Source: Candidatus Eiseniibacteriota bacterium
Lineage (GTDB): Bacteria > Eisenbacteria > RBG-16-71-46 > DASYSL01
Assembly: GCA_046596055.1 (NCBI GenBank)
Contig: JBKJNH010000098.1
Coordinates: 1-42,399 of the forward strand
Reading direction: 5' to 3'
Length of the DNA: 42,399 nucleotides
The notes under the pieces are model-generated. The model worked only from the letters and a program-made list of their open reading frames with translations. It did no database searches and was not told the origin of the DNA. How positions within the stretch are numbered: position 1 is the first letter of the stretch; each line of letters begins with the position of its first letter. A program made the translations under genes and the position numbers. Positions 1 through 8,277 of this stretch are shown piece by piece.

Positions 1-125
1 CGAAGCTGCGCCTGAACGCCAGCAACTGCGTGCACTGCAAGACCTGCGACATCATGGATCCCTACCAGGTGATCACCTGGGTGCCGCCCGAGGGCGGCGG
101 CGGGCCGAGGTACCGGAAGTTGTAG
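1..125 (+). CDS. Electron-transfer flavoprotein:ubiquinone oxidoreductase (ETF-QO), C-terminal fragment; 5' end lies outside the window
   Basis: Reading from nt 3 gives [40 protein letters not shown], with stop TAG at 123-125. A CxxCxxC ferredoxin-type motif followed by W-V-x-PEGGGGP is the conserved ETF-QO C-terminus. The fragment is absent from the ORF track because it has no in-window start. Confidence 0.8.
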   Translation, partial: KLRLNASNCVHCKTCDIMDPYQVITWVPPEGGGGPRYRKL

Positions 126-174
126 GGGTTTCGAGCCCCCTTACGACAATCGAGAGCCCGCAGGCTGACACGCC

Positions 175-206
175 GTCCCCTCCATCGTCACAGGTTGGGA
201 GGGGAC
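175..206. repeat. Inverted repeat / hairpin (9-bp perfect GC-rich stem, 14-nt loop) 50 nt downstream of the ETF-QO stop
   Basis: GTCCCCTCC (175-183) pairs with GGAGGGGAC (198-206). No U-tract follows, so a terminator role is uncertain. A 6-1-6 palindrome ATGGAGtCTCCAT follows at 216-228. Confidence 0.3.
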
Positions 207-255
207 CCCGACACCATGGAGTCTCCATTCCGATCGTCGACCCTGGAGGCTCGCC

Positions 256-3200
256 ATGTTCCGCCGCCCTGCCGTCCCCGCCGCAGTCCTGTGTCTTTCC
301 CTCGCCCTCCCTGCCTGGGCCGCGACCGCCCCGCCTGCGGACGTCATCGCTGCGCTGGCGACGACCCCCATCTGGACGCAGAACGGCACCGTCGTGAACG
401 CCCGCTTCGGCTATTCCGTCTCGACCGCAGGTGACGTCGACGGGGACGGCTACAGCGACGTCATCGTGGGAGCACCGGACGCGGCCGGCGGCGGGCGCGC
501 GTATCTCTATCGCGGCACTTCGAACGGCCTCGTCTCCACGGCGTGGAACGTGGGCGGGCTCGATCCGCTGTCGAAGTTTGGCTGGTCGGTCGCGAGCGCC
601 GGCGATGTGAACAACGACGGCTACGACGACGTGATCATCGGCGACCCGACCGTATGGCAGACGCCGCACCCGAGCGAGATCTACAACGCCGGCCGTGTCT
701 ACGTGTTTCGAGGATCCGCCGCAGGGCTCACGATGTCGACGAGCGAAGTGATCTACGGCTCCTACTACACGGGCGTAAAGAAGCGATTCGGCTGGTCGGT
801 CGCCGGCGCGGGTGATGTCAACGGCGACGGATTCGACGACATCATGATCGGAATCCCTGGCGATCCGTTGGACCCGGGAAACGACGACGGCGCGGTTCTC
901 TTCCACGGAAAGGCCCAGCCTCTCGGCGGGATCGCCTACAGCCCGGCCGACCCGATCGGCTACGTGCAGTCCGGAAGTTCGGTGGCGGGCCTCGGCGACA
1001 TCGACGGCGACGGGTACGACGACGTGCTCATGGGCATGCCCGGCAACGCGCCGGGCGATCCAGGCCGCGCCATGATCTGGTACGGCGCCGCGGCGGGAGT
1101 GACGTTCACTGGCCGGCAGAGCCTGCTCACCGATCCATCGGGGCAGGTCGGCACGAACTTCGGCGCGAGCGTCGCCGGCGTCGGGGACATCGACGGTGAC
1201 GGCTATGCGGACTTCGCGATCGGTGCGCCGGGCTACGACGCCGGCATGAGCACTGCGGCAGGACGGATGTACGTCTACCGCGGCCGGGTCGACATTCCGC
1301 ACTCAGGAGTCGCGGCCTACCAGGGAGCGCCGGTCTTCACGCACACCGGTGCTGCCTTCTCGCAGTACGGCATGACGGTCGCGCCGGCCGGCGATCTCGA
1401 CGGCGACGGCCGCGCCGAAATCCTGGCGGCCTACCTTCCCGACTTCGAAGCGAGTGGTGTGACGCACCACGTGTTGACGTGGTCGCCGAATGAATTCGGC
1501 AACATGGCCTTTCTGGGCTCGAGGGTCGCGCCGTTCCTGGGCCCAAGCGCGATCTCGGCCGGCGATGTCAACGGCGACGGCTTCGGCGACATCGTTTTCG
1601 GTTTTCCCAACTTCGATCCGCCCGGCGTCCTCGACGGCGGCAAGGCCGAAGTCTGCCTCGGCGGGCCCGAGCCGCTCGCGCGATTTCCCACCGTGTCGAT
1701 CCTCGGTGGCGGCCCCAACGAAGCGGTCGGGAGCCGCGTCGCGCCCGCGGGCGACGTCAACGGCGACGGCTATGCCGACCTGCTCGCGGCCGAGCCGGGC
1801 ATGACGTCGCCGACCGACCCGGCGTACACCGGACGCGTCCGACTGTTCCTCGGCGGCGATCCGCCCTCGCCCGTTCCCGTGTGGACGATGGGCGGCTCGG
1901 CCCTGAACGGGACGAACTTCGGCTTTTCGCTCGCGGCGGCCGGGGACGTCGACGGCGACGGTTATGACGACATCCTGATCGGCGCGCCGGGACCTTCCCC
2001 GTACGTCGCGCCCGACGTGGGCCGCGCGGTGCTCTGGCGTGGCTCACCGGCGGGGCCCTCGGTCGGGCCGCCCGATCGAACGTACAACGGCACCGGCGCA
2101 TACGACGGGTACGGCTTCAGCGTGGCCGGCGCGGGCGACGTCAACGGCGACGGCTTCGCAGACTTCGTGATCGGTTGTCCCTACGCCGACGATGAAGTCC
2201 TCGGGCGTGCCGACGTGGGCGAGGTCACGCTGCATCTCGGATCGCAGTCGGGGCCGGGGCCATTGCCGAACCTCACCTGGCGCGGCAGCGAGACGACCGC
2301 GTTGATGGGCTACGCCCTCGCCGGCGAGATCGACGTCAATGGTGACGGCTACGACGACGTCGTCTTCGGCGCGCCGCTCGCGGATCCCGTGATCTTCGTC
2401 TTCGGCCAGCCCGTGGGGATCGTGCCCGACGGCGGGCGCGTCTTCCTCCATCATGGCGGACCGGCGGGTCCGCCGCTCGTCGCGAGCCAGCGCCGCGACG
2501 GGGAGTACGACTTCGCGAGCTACGGCCTTCGCGTCGCCGGCGTGGGTGACGTCGACGCCGATGGCTACGGCGACGTCGTCGTCGGCGAGCCCTACATCGA
2601 CGGGAGCTTCGGTCCCAACGAGGGCCGCTTTCACCTGCATCGCGGCTCGGCGGCCGGGATGATCGCGCTCCCCGCCTTCATCGGGACGAACGGGCAGGCC
2701 AACGAGCAGTTCGGCGAGACGGTCGCGCGCGCCGGTGACATCGACGGCGATGGGTACGACGACGTGATCGCAGGCACCCCGCTGATGAACAACCAGTTCA
2801 ACGACGCCGGGGTGATCCGTGTCTACCGCGGAGGCCCCAACGGGTTGGACCCCGGCGTGCCATTCTTCTACCAGGGTGCCGAAGCGGGCGCGCAGCTCGG
2901 CCTGTCCGCCGCCGGGCCCGGCGACATGAACGGCGACGGCTTCGCCGACGTCGTGATCGGCACGCCGTTCGCGGACTTGTTCGCGGGATCGGACGCGGGG
3001 CGCATCGACGTCTTCGCCGGCAACGGTCGCTTCACGCCGAACCGTCGCACGCGCATGATCCTCCCCGGGAGCACCTCCGTGCTCGCGGCGCACAACTCGA
3101 TCGGGCTCGGCGAGTTCGCGCTCGAGCACCAGGTGCGCTCGCCGCGCGGCGGCGGCGACATGCGACTCCGCGTCGAGATGGCCGATGCCGGCAATCCGTT

Positions 3201-3762
3201 CGCCCCGGCCGACGGCGTCCACCACGACACGTGGCACTCGTTCTTCGCGTCGACCCTCGGCACGTCCGCGGCAAGGATCACCACGCGCGAAATCAACCCG
3301 CCGTTCGGCAACGGGCCGATCCACTGGCGCGCGCGGCTCGAAACGAGGTCGCCTTTCTTCCCGCGTTCGCCGTGGTACTCGCTCGCGGCGGCGGCCCAGC
3401 GCGGGAACCAAATCCTGCGCGGCGACATGGTCTGGCCCGGGCTCGATGTCGATCCCACCGGCGGATCCGGTTCCCTCGCCCTGCGCGCATGGCCGAATCC
3501 CTCGAGCGGCGCCGTGACGCTCGGGTTTGCCCTGGCAGCGCCCACCCAGGTGCGGGCGCGCATCGTCGATGCGCGCGGGCGCATCGTCCGCACGCTCGAG
3601 TTGGGCCGGCTCGACGGCGGGCCCCAGGTCGTGCGCTGGGACGGGCGCGACGCTTCGGGCCGCGGGACTCCGGCAGGCGTCTATTTGGTGCAATTGAGCG
3701 GGCCCGGGGTCGAGATCAACGGTCGGCTCGTGCGCGTGGCCTCGGTGGGCGCGCCGGATTGA
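256..3762 (+). CDS. Secreted FG-GAP (integrin-alpha-type) repeat protein, 14 repeats, with a FlgD-Ig / T9SS-CTD-like C-terminal domain
   Basis: GGAGG lies 6 nt upstream of the ATG. The signal peptide is MFRRPAVPAAVLCLSLALPAWA-AT. There are fourteen copies of the Ca-binding loop GD[VIL][DN]GDG[YF]xD[VIF]..G.P, enough for two 7-bladed propellers. The last ~95 aa (LRAWPNPSSGAVTLGFAL...RIVDARGRIVRTL...WDGRDASGRGTPAGVYLVQL) match the YPNP...IYD..G..V..L...WDG...SGVY pattern of FlgD-Ig / Por_Secre_tail domains. Confidence 0.85.
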   Translation: MFRRPAVPAAVLCLSLALPAWAATAPPADVIAALATTPIWTQNGTVVNARFGYSVSTAGDVDGDGYSDVIVGAPDAAGGGRAYLYRGTSNGLVSTAWNVGGLDPLSKFGWSVASAGDVNNDGYDDVIIGDPTVWQTPHPSEIYNAGRVYVFRGSAAGLTMSTSEVIYGSYYTGVKKRFGWSVAGAGDVNGDGFDDIMIGIPGDPLDPGNDDGAVLFHGKAQPLGGIAYSPADPIGYVQSGSSVAGLGDIDGDGYDDVLMGMPGNAPGDPGRAMIWYGAAAGVTFTGRQSLLTDPSGQVGTNFGASVAGVGDIDGDGYADFAIGAPGYDAGMSTAAGRMYVYRGRVDIPHSGVAAYQGAPVFTHTGAAFSQYGMTVAPAGDLDGDGRAEILAAYLPDFEASGVTHHVLTWSPNEFGNMAFLGSRVAPFLGPSAISAGDVNGDGFGDIVFGFPNFDPPGVLDGGKAEVCLGGPEPLARFPTVSILGGGPNEAVGSRVAPAGDVNGDGYADLLAAEPGMTSPTDPAYTGRVRLFLGGDPPSPVPVWTMGGSALNGTNFGFSLAAAGDVDGDGYDDILIGAPGPSPYVAPDVGRAVLWRGSPAGPSVGPPDRTYNGTGAYDGYGFSVAGAGDVNGDGFADFVIGCPYADDEVLGRADVGEVTLHLGSQSGPGPLPNLTWRGSETTALMGYALAGEIDVNGDGYDDVVFGAPLADPVIFVFGQPVGIVPDGGRVFLHHGGPAGPPLVASQRRDGEYDFASYGLRVAGVGDVDADGYGDVVVGEPYIDGSFGPNEGRFHLHRGSAAGMIALPAFIGTNGQANEQFGETVARAGDIDGDGYDDVIAGTPLMNNQFNDAGVIRVYRGGPNGLDPGVPFFYQGAEAGAQLGLSAAGPGDMNGDGFADVVIGTPFADLFAGSDAGRIDVFAGNGRFTPNRRTRMILPGSTSVLAAHNSIGLGEFALEHQVRSPRGGGDMRLRVEMADAGNPFAPADGVHHDTWHSFFASTLGTSAARITTREINPPFGNGPIHWRARLETRSPFFPRSPWYSLAAAAQRGNQILRGDMVWPGLDVDPTGGSGSLALRAWPNPSSGAVTLGFALAAPTQVRARIVDARGRIVRTLELGRLDGGPQVVRWDGRDASGRGTPAGVYLVQLSGPGVEINGRLVRVASVGAPD

Positions 3763-3830
3763 CCCATGGATCGAGATCGGGGGGGCGGCCTCGGCTCCCC
3801 TCTCCTGAGTTTTCCCTGGCTGAGCACGGA

Positions 3831-3856
3831 CCTCCTTCACCGCCCGGTGGAGGAGG
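3831..3856 (+). terminator. Candidate intrinsic terminator after the FG-GAP gene
   Basis: CCTCCTTCACC-GCCC-GGTGGAGGAGG forms an 11-bp stem with one G.U and a 4-nt loop. It is followed by a moderately T-rich tail, TCTCGCTTTGG. It sits 69 nt after the stop. Confidence 0.35.
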
Positions 3857-3976
3857 TCTCGCTTTGGTAGACTGCCGGGGCTTCGGGAACCAAACCCCAT
3901 CCCCGTCCGTAGCAAGGCACGGACCCCCGATGCGCCCCTTCGACCGGATGCACCCCAACGTGGAGATCACGAGAGC

Positions 3977-5248
3977 ATGAAACGACGAGTCCTATGGATC
4001 GGTGCTGCAGGGCTGCTCGTCGTGGGCGCCGTCGCGGCCGTCCTCGTGATGCGCGGCCGCGGGGGGAAGGAACTCGAGGTCCAGACGACGCCGGTGAGCC
4101 GCCAGAAGATCGTGCAGAAGGTCAACGGCACCGGCCGGATCCAGCCGCGGGTGCAGGTCAAGGTCAGCGCCGACCTCAGTGCGCGGATCACGAAGCTGGC
4201 GGTCCAGGAAGGCCAGTGGGTCGAGAAGGGCACCCTGCTGGTCGAGCTCGAGCGCGATCGCTACCTCGCGGCGGTCGAGAGCGCCGAGGCCAGCGTGCGT
4301 TCCGCCCAGGCGAACGCCGCGCTCGTGTCGCAGACGATGGAGCAGGCGCAGAAGGACCTGGCGCGCTCCAAGGAGCTGCTCGGGCGGGGCCTCGAGTCGC
4401 AGTCGTCCTTCGACACACGGCAGACCGCGCACATGGTCGAGGTGCCGCGCCACCGCGCCGCGCTCGAGCAGGTGGCGCAGGCCCGCGCCGCGCTCAAGCA
4501 GTCGCGTGATGACCTGTCGAAGACGCGGATCTACGCGCCCATGTCCGGCACGGTGAGCGAGCTGAACAAGGAGGCCGGCGAGATGGCCCTTGGCTCGCAG
4601 TTCCAGGCGGACGTGATCCTGGTGATCGCGGACCTGCGCGAGATGGAGGCGCAGGTCGACGTGGACGAGAACGACATCATCGACATCCAGGTCGGCCAGG
4701 CGGCGGAGATCCAGGTCGACGCCCTGCCCGGGCAGGTCCTGAAGGGCGTCGTGCGCGAGATTGGCAGCAGCGCCAACGCCTCGGGAACAGGCACCGCGGA
4801 CCAGAAGACCGAGTTCGAGATCAAGATCGGCATCACGGAGCCACTGGCGACTTTGCGGCCGGGAATGACCGCGACGGCGGACATCCTCACCCGCACCGTC
4901 GAGAACGCGCTGAGCGTTCCGCTCCAGTCCGTCGCACTCCGCACCGTCGACCAGCTTCTGATGAAGGGCGAGAAGCGCAAGGACGCCGAAGCGCGCTACA
5001 AGGCCGACCGCGACGGCTTCGTCGAGGTCGTCTTCCGCCTGGAGTTGGGGAAGGCGAACGCCCGGCCGGTCACCACGGGCATCCAGAGCGAGGAGTGGAT
5101 CGAGATCCTCAGCGGGCTCGCGGAAGGCGAGGAAGTCGTCTCGGGCAGCTATCGCGCGATCTCCAAGGACCTCGAGAACGGCGCGACCGTGAAGGTGAAC
5201 AACGAGAAAGCGCCCGAGAAGACGGGCGAGACGGCGTCACGGGAGTAG
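3977..5248 (+). CDS. Efflux transporter periplasmic adaptor subunit (HlyD/MacA family membrane-fusion protein)
   Basis: It has an N-terminal TM anchor (VLWIGAAGLLVVGAVAAVLV). The order is lipoyl/barrel motifs (V..V.G.G.I.P...V.V.A..S..I..L.V.EG..V.KG.LL..L), a long coiled-coil hairpin, then IYAPMSGTV...PGM.A.A.I. This is the typical MacA-like layout. Confidence 0.85.
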   Translation: MKRRVLWIGAAGLLVVGAVAAVLVMRGRGGKELEVQTTPVSRQKIVQKVNGTGRIQPRVQVKVSADLSARITKLAVQEGQWVEKGTLLVELERDRYLAAVESAEASVRSAQANAALVSQTMEQAQKDLARSKELLGRGLESQSSFDTRQTAHMVEVPRHRAALEQVAQARAALKQSRDDLSKTRIYAPMSGTVSELNKEAGEMALGSQFQADVILVIADLREMEAQVDVDENDIIDIQVGQAAEIQVDALPGQVLKGVVREIGSSANASGTGTADQKTEFEIKIGITEPLATLRPGMTATADILTRTVENALSVPLQSVALRTVDQLLMKGEKRKDAEARYKADRDGFVEVVFRLELGKANARPVTTGIQSEEWIEILSGLAEGEEVVSGSYRAISKDLENGATVKVNNEKAPEKTGETASRE

Positions 5249-5259
5249 GGAGCGGCCCG

Positions 5260-6498
5260 ATGCGAACGCCGCTCGTCGTGCGCGAATCCCTGCAGGTCGC
5301 CTTGCGTGCGCTTCTCGCGAACAAGGCCCGGGGCGCGCTGACGACGCTCGGCATCATCATCGGCATCGTTGCGGTCGTCACGACGATGGCCGCGGTGAAC
5401 GGGTTGCAGAACAAGTTCCGCGAGAGCCTGTCGGCGATGGGCACCGACGTGATCTACGTCTCCCGCATGCCGTGGGTCGTGATGAACGACTTCTTCCGCT
5501 ATCGCAATCGCCCGCCCCTCGACCTGCGCGAGGCCCGCCTGCTCGAAGCCCGCCTGCGTGGCCGGGCGCTCGTCAACCCGACGCTCAGCACGCGCCAGGA
5601 CGTCAAGTTCCGCTCCGAGATCGCCGAGGCGGTCACCATCCTCGGCACGACCGAGAAGGAACTGAACATGTCCGCCGGCCAGCCCGAGTTCGGGCGCTTC
5701 CTGATGCCGATCGACGTGTTCTCGAAGCGGCGCGTCTGCGTGATCGGCCGCGACATCCGCGACGGCATCTTTCGCGGCACCGAGCCCCTGGGCAAGACGC
5801 TCAGGATCGGCCGCGTCGACTTCCGCGTCGTCGGCGTCATGGAGAAGCAGGGCGGTGGGTTCATGGGTGGCCCCAACTTTGATCGCCAGGTCTACGTCCC
5901 GATCACGTCCTACGTCCGGGCGTTCGGCGGCCGCCGCGGGCAGGTGGACCTGAACATCGCGATCAAGGCGCCGCGCCAGGAGGACGTCGCCGAACTCGAA
6001 TACCTCGTGATTGGCGAGATGCGGAAGCTGCGCCAGCTCCGCCCGGCCGAGGCCGACGACTTCAGCATCAACAAGCTCGACACCCTGATGGGCACGTTCA
6101 GCAATGTCATGGGCGTCGTCCTGCTGGTCGGCCTGCTGGTCACCGGCGTCTCGCTGTTCGTCGGCGCGGTGGGGGTGATGAACATCATGTTCGTCTCCGT
6201 CACCGAGCGGACGAAGGAGATCGGGCTGCGCAAGGCCATGGGCGCCACGCGACGGAGCATTCTCCTCCAGTTCCTGTTCGAGTCGGCGGCGATCTGCCTG
6301 CTGGGCGGCCTGATCGGGATCGTTCTCGCGGCGATGGTCACCGCGGTGATCAACGCCACGGTGATGCCGGCGAGCCCGTCGATCCCGATCGTGATCATCG
6401 CCATCCTCGTCTCGATCGTCACCGGCGTGGCCGCCGGTGTCGCGCCCGCCGTGCGCGGCGCGCGGCTCGATCCCATCGAGGCGCTGCGCCATGAGTGA
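5260..6498 (+). CDS. ABC-transporter permease, MacB/FtsX type (no ATPase domain)
   Basis: I start it at ATG 5260 (MRTPLVVRESLQVALRALLANKARGALTTLGIIIGI), 12 nt after the adaptor stop. The 5095 start in the track would overlap the adaptor. It has TM1, a large periplasmic domain and a C-terminal FtsX module (ERTKEIGLRKAMGATRRSILLQFLFES...PA.RGARLDPIEALRHE). Confidence 0.85.
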   Translation: MRTPLVVRESLQVALRALLANKARGALTTLGIIIGIVAVVTTMAAVNGLQNKFRESLSAMGTDVIYVSRMPWVVMNDFFRYRNRPPLDLREARLLEARLRGRALVNPTLSTRQDVKFRSEIAEAVTILGTTEKELNMSAGQPEFGRFLMPIDVFSKRRVCVIGRDIRDGIFRGTEPLGKTLRIGRVDFRVVGVMEKQGGGFMGGPNFDRQVYVPITSYVRAFGGRRGQVDLNIAIKAPRQEDVAELEYLVIGEMRKLRQLRPAEADDFSINKLDTLMGTFSNVMGVVLLVGLLVTGVSLFVGAVGVMNIMFVSVTERTKEIGLRKAMGATRRSILLQFLFESAAICLLGGLIGIVLAAMVTAVINATVMPASPSIPIVIIAILVSIVTGVAAGVAPAVRGARLDPIEALRHE

Positions 6499-7763
6499 GA
6501 CGGGAAGGGCGGCCCATGCGTTGGGGTGAGCTCGTCTCGATGTCGCTCCGCTCGCTGGCGGCGAACCGACTGAGGTCGGCCCTGACGCTCCTCGGGATCG
6601 TCGCGGGCGTCGCCTCGATCATCGCCGTCATGACCGCTCTCGCGCTCGTGCAGGCGACGATGGAACAGGAGATGAGCGTGCTCGGCACACAGGTGTTCCA
6701 GGCCCAGAAGTGGCCGGCGGGGGGATTCGCGTCGGACGCGCAGCGTCGGCGGGCGATGCGCCGGCCGCCGCTGACACTCGACGAGGCCGCCGCCATCCGC
6801 GAGCAGGTCACCACGGCGGACCTCGTGGGCTCCGAGCTGTGGGACTTCGGCTTCGTCGTCGAGTACAAGGGGGAGTCGACCAACCCGAACGTCTCGATCG
6901 TCGGCGGCACCCCGGAGTACGCGCCAAACAATACGCACGCCGTGGCCCTGGGGCGGAACCTGTCGCCCATGGACGTGCGCAGCGGCGGCAAGGTCGCGGT
7001 CATCGGGCACGCGATCGCCGGGAAGCTGTTCCCGTTCATCGACCCGATCGGGCGCGACGTCCTGGTGGACCGCCGCAAATACCGGGTGATCGGGGTCTTC
7101 GACGAGAAGAAGTCCGCGTTCGGCGGCAGCTACGACAACTACGTGCTCATTCCGGTGACGACGTTCCAGGACGTGTACGGCGCCACGGACCGGGGCGGCC
7201 AGGCCCGCTCGGTGAACATCACGGTGCGGGCGAAGACGCCGCTGCTCGTCGACGACGCGATGGAGCAGACACGACAGGTCCTCCGCAGGGAGCGCGGCGT
7301 GCGCCCCGGCGAAGAGGACAACTTCGACTTCTTCAGCAGCGCGAGCCTGATCACGCAGTTCAACGAGATGAGCGCGGGGCTCAAGCTCGCGGCGTTCGTG
7401 ATCGGCATCGTCGCATTGATCGTGGCCGGGATCGGGATCATGAACATCATGCTCGTCGCCGTGACCGAGCGAACGCGCGAAATCGGCCTGTGCAAGGCGC
7501 TCGGGGCGAAGGCCTCGACCATCCGCACGCAGTTCCTGCTCGAGGCGGTGATCCTGTGCAACATCGGCGGCGTCGTCGGCGTGTTGATCGGCTTCGGCCT
7601 CGGCAACCTGGTCGCAGTCTTCACCAGCTTCCAGCCGCGCGTCCCGCTCGAGTGGGCGGTGATCGGACTCGTCTTCTGCTCGATCATCGGGATCGCGTTC
7701 GGCACGCTGCCGGCGATTCGTGCCTCGCAGCTCGATCCGATCGAGGCGCTGCGGAGCGAGTAG
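6495..7763 (+). CDS. ABC-transporter permease, MacB/FtsX type (paralogue of the preceding gene, no ATPase domain)
   Basis: GTG 6495 overlaps the upstream stop (GTGA); an alternative ATG lies at 6516. The architecture matches the preceding gene: ...SLRSLAANRLRSALTLLGIVAGVAS..., ERTREIGLCKALGAKASTIRTQFLLEA..., PAIRASQLDPIEALRSE. Confidence 0.85.
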   Translation: MRREGRPMRWGELVSMSLRSLAANRLRSALTLLGIVAGVASIIAVMTALALVQATMEQEMSVLGTQVFQAQKWPAGGFASDAQRRRAMRRPPLTLDEAAAIREQVTTADLVGSELWDFGFVVEYKGESTNPNVSIVGGTPEYAPNNTHAVALGRNLSPMDVRSGGKVAVIGHAIAGKLFPFIDPIGRDVLVDRRKYRVIGVFDEKKSAFGGSYDNYVLIPVTTFQDVYGATDRGGQARSVNITVRAKTPLLVDDAMEQTRQVLRRERGVRPGEEDNFDFFSSASLITQFNEMSAGLKLAAFVIGIVALIVAGIGIMNIMLVAVTERTREIGLCKALGAKASTIRTQFLLEAVILCNIGGVVGVLIGFGLGNLVAVFTSFQPRVPLEWAVIGLVFCSIIGIAFGTLPAIRASQLDPIEALRSE

Positions 7764-7773
7764 GTGCTACGCT

Positions 7774-7879
7774 GGGGTTCCGGGTCCCCATCGCCGCAGC
7801 GAGGTGAGGCGTCCTCGGATGCCGCCCGCTTCGCGTGCGTCCTCCTGCGGTCGCTGCGGCGACGGGGACCCGGAACCCC
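7774..7879. repeat. 106-bp element made of a 29-bp near-perfect inverted repeat flanking a 48-nt loop, in the permease / small-membrane-protein spacer
   Basis: GGGGTTCCGGGTCCCCATCGCCGCAGCGA (7774-7802) pairs with TCGCTGCGGCGACGGGGACCCGGAACCCC (7851-7879). That is 28 of 29 complementary positions, with a single A/C mismatch. Confidence 0.8.
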
Positions 7880-7902
7880 GACTCGCAGGAGGAGAATGCC
7901 CC

Positions 7903-8277
7903 ATGAACGATGAGCCCGAGATTCTGGAGACTGAGCCCGTGCCGCCCGTGCCGCCCATGCGGGGCGCAGGGGGCGCGAACGCGGGCGCCACGGATCTGGC
8001 GCGCGAAGCGTGGAAGACGCGTCGCGCCTGGTTCGTCGCGATCGGCGCCGACCTCCTGCAGTGGGGGCTGTTCCCGTTGTTCGCGTGGGGCGGCCTGGCG
8101 CCGTGGAACGTGGGCGTCGACATCCTCGTCGGGTTCCTGCTCGTTCGCTGGATGGGCTTCCACATCGCGTTCCTGCCCGCGTTCGTGACCGAGCTCGTCC
8201 CCATCGCGAACTTCGTCCCGTCGTGGACGCTGGCGCTGTGGATCGTGACCAAGCTGCGCGCGCGGAAGCAGGCGTGA
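7903..8277 (+). CDS. Small integral membrane protein, unknown function (124 aa)
   Basis: The AGGAGGAG Shine-Dalgarno lies at 7887-7894, before ATG 7903. Hydrophobic segments are WFVAIGADLLQWGLFPLFAWGGL, VGVDILVGFLLVRWMGFHIAFLPAF and FVPSWTLALWIV. The stop overlaps the next gene's GTG. I recognise no family. Confidence 0.6.
   Translation: MNDEPEILETEPVPPVPPMRGAGGANAGATDLAREAWKTRRAWFVAIGADLLQWGLFPLFAWGGLAPWNVGVDILVGFLLVRWMGFHIAFLPAFVTELVPIANFVPSWTLALWIVTKLRARKQA

Noticed and set aside
400-3000. A periodic DNA repeat (GGCGACGTCAACGGCGACGGCT...-like) that could look like a repeat array or CRISPR
   Set aside because: The periodicity is ~200-250 bp and in-frame. It corresponds to the GDVNGDG calcium loops of the FG-GAP repeats. 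The copies are divergent at the DNA level, and there is no repeat-spacer organisation.
73-3915. Minus-strand ORFs at 73-1302 (409 aa) and 2044-3915 (623 aa), plus several 60-240-aa ORFs inside the FG-GAP gene
   Set aside because: They are antisense or off-frame to a gene with 14 clean FG-GAP repeats, a signal peptide and a Shine-Dalgarno. Their compositions are typical of GC-rich non-coding frames.
5095-5259. Upstream extensions in the ORF track. In-frame N-terminal ones: 5095, 8010, 15602, 19675, 25799, 33919/34214, 40035. Ones that attach an unrelated upstream reading: 14980, 16419, 20258, 12792, 42328
   Set aside because: In every case the extension overlaps the preceding gene or runs through an intergenic region. 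Each has an Arg-rich, non-protein-like sequence. An internal ATG/GTG with a Shine-Dalgarno, or a stop-start overlap, gives a protein that begins where the family normally begins.
7774-7879. Calling the 29-bp inverted-repeat element a MITE or other mobile element
   Set aside because: There is no target-site duplication at the flanks (..CGCT|GGGG....CCCC|GACT..) and no second full copy in the window. Only a 10-nt GGGGTTCCGG match occurs near 9042. It is kept as an unexplained inverted repeat, not called mobile.
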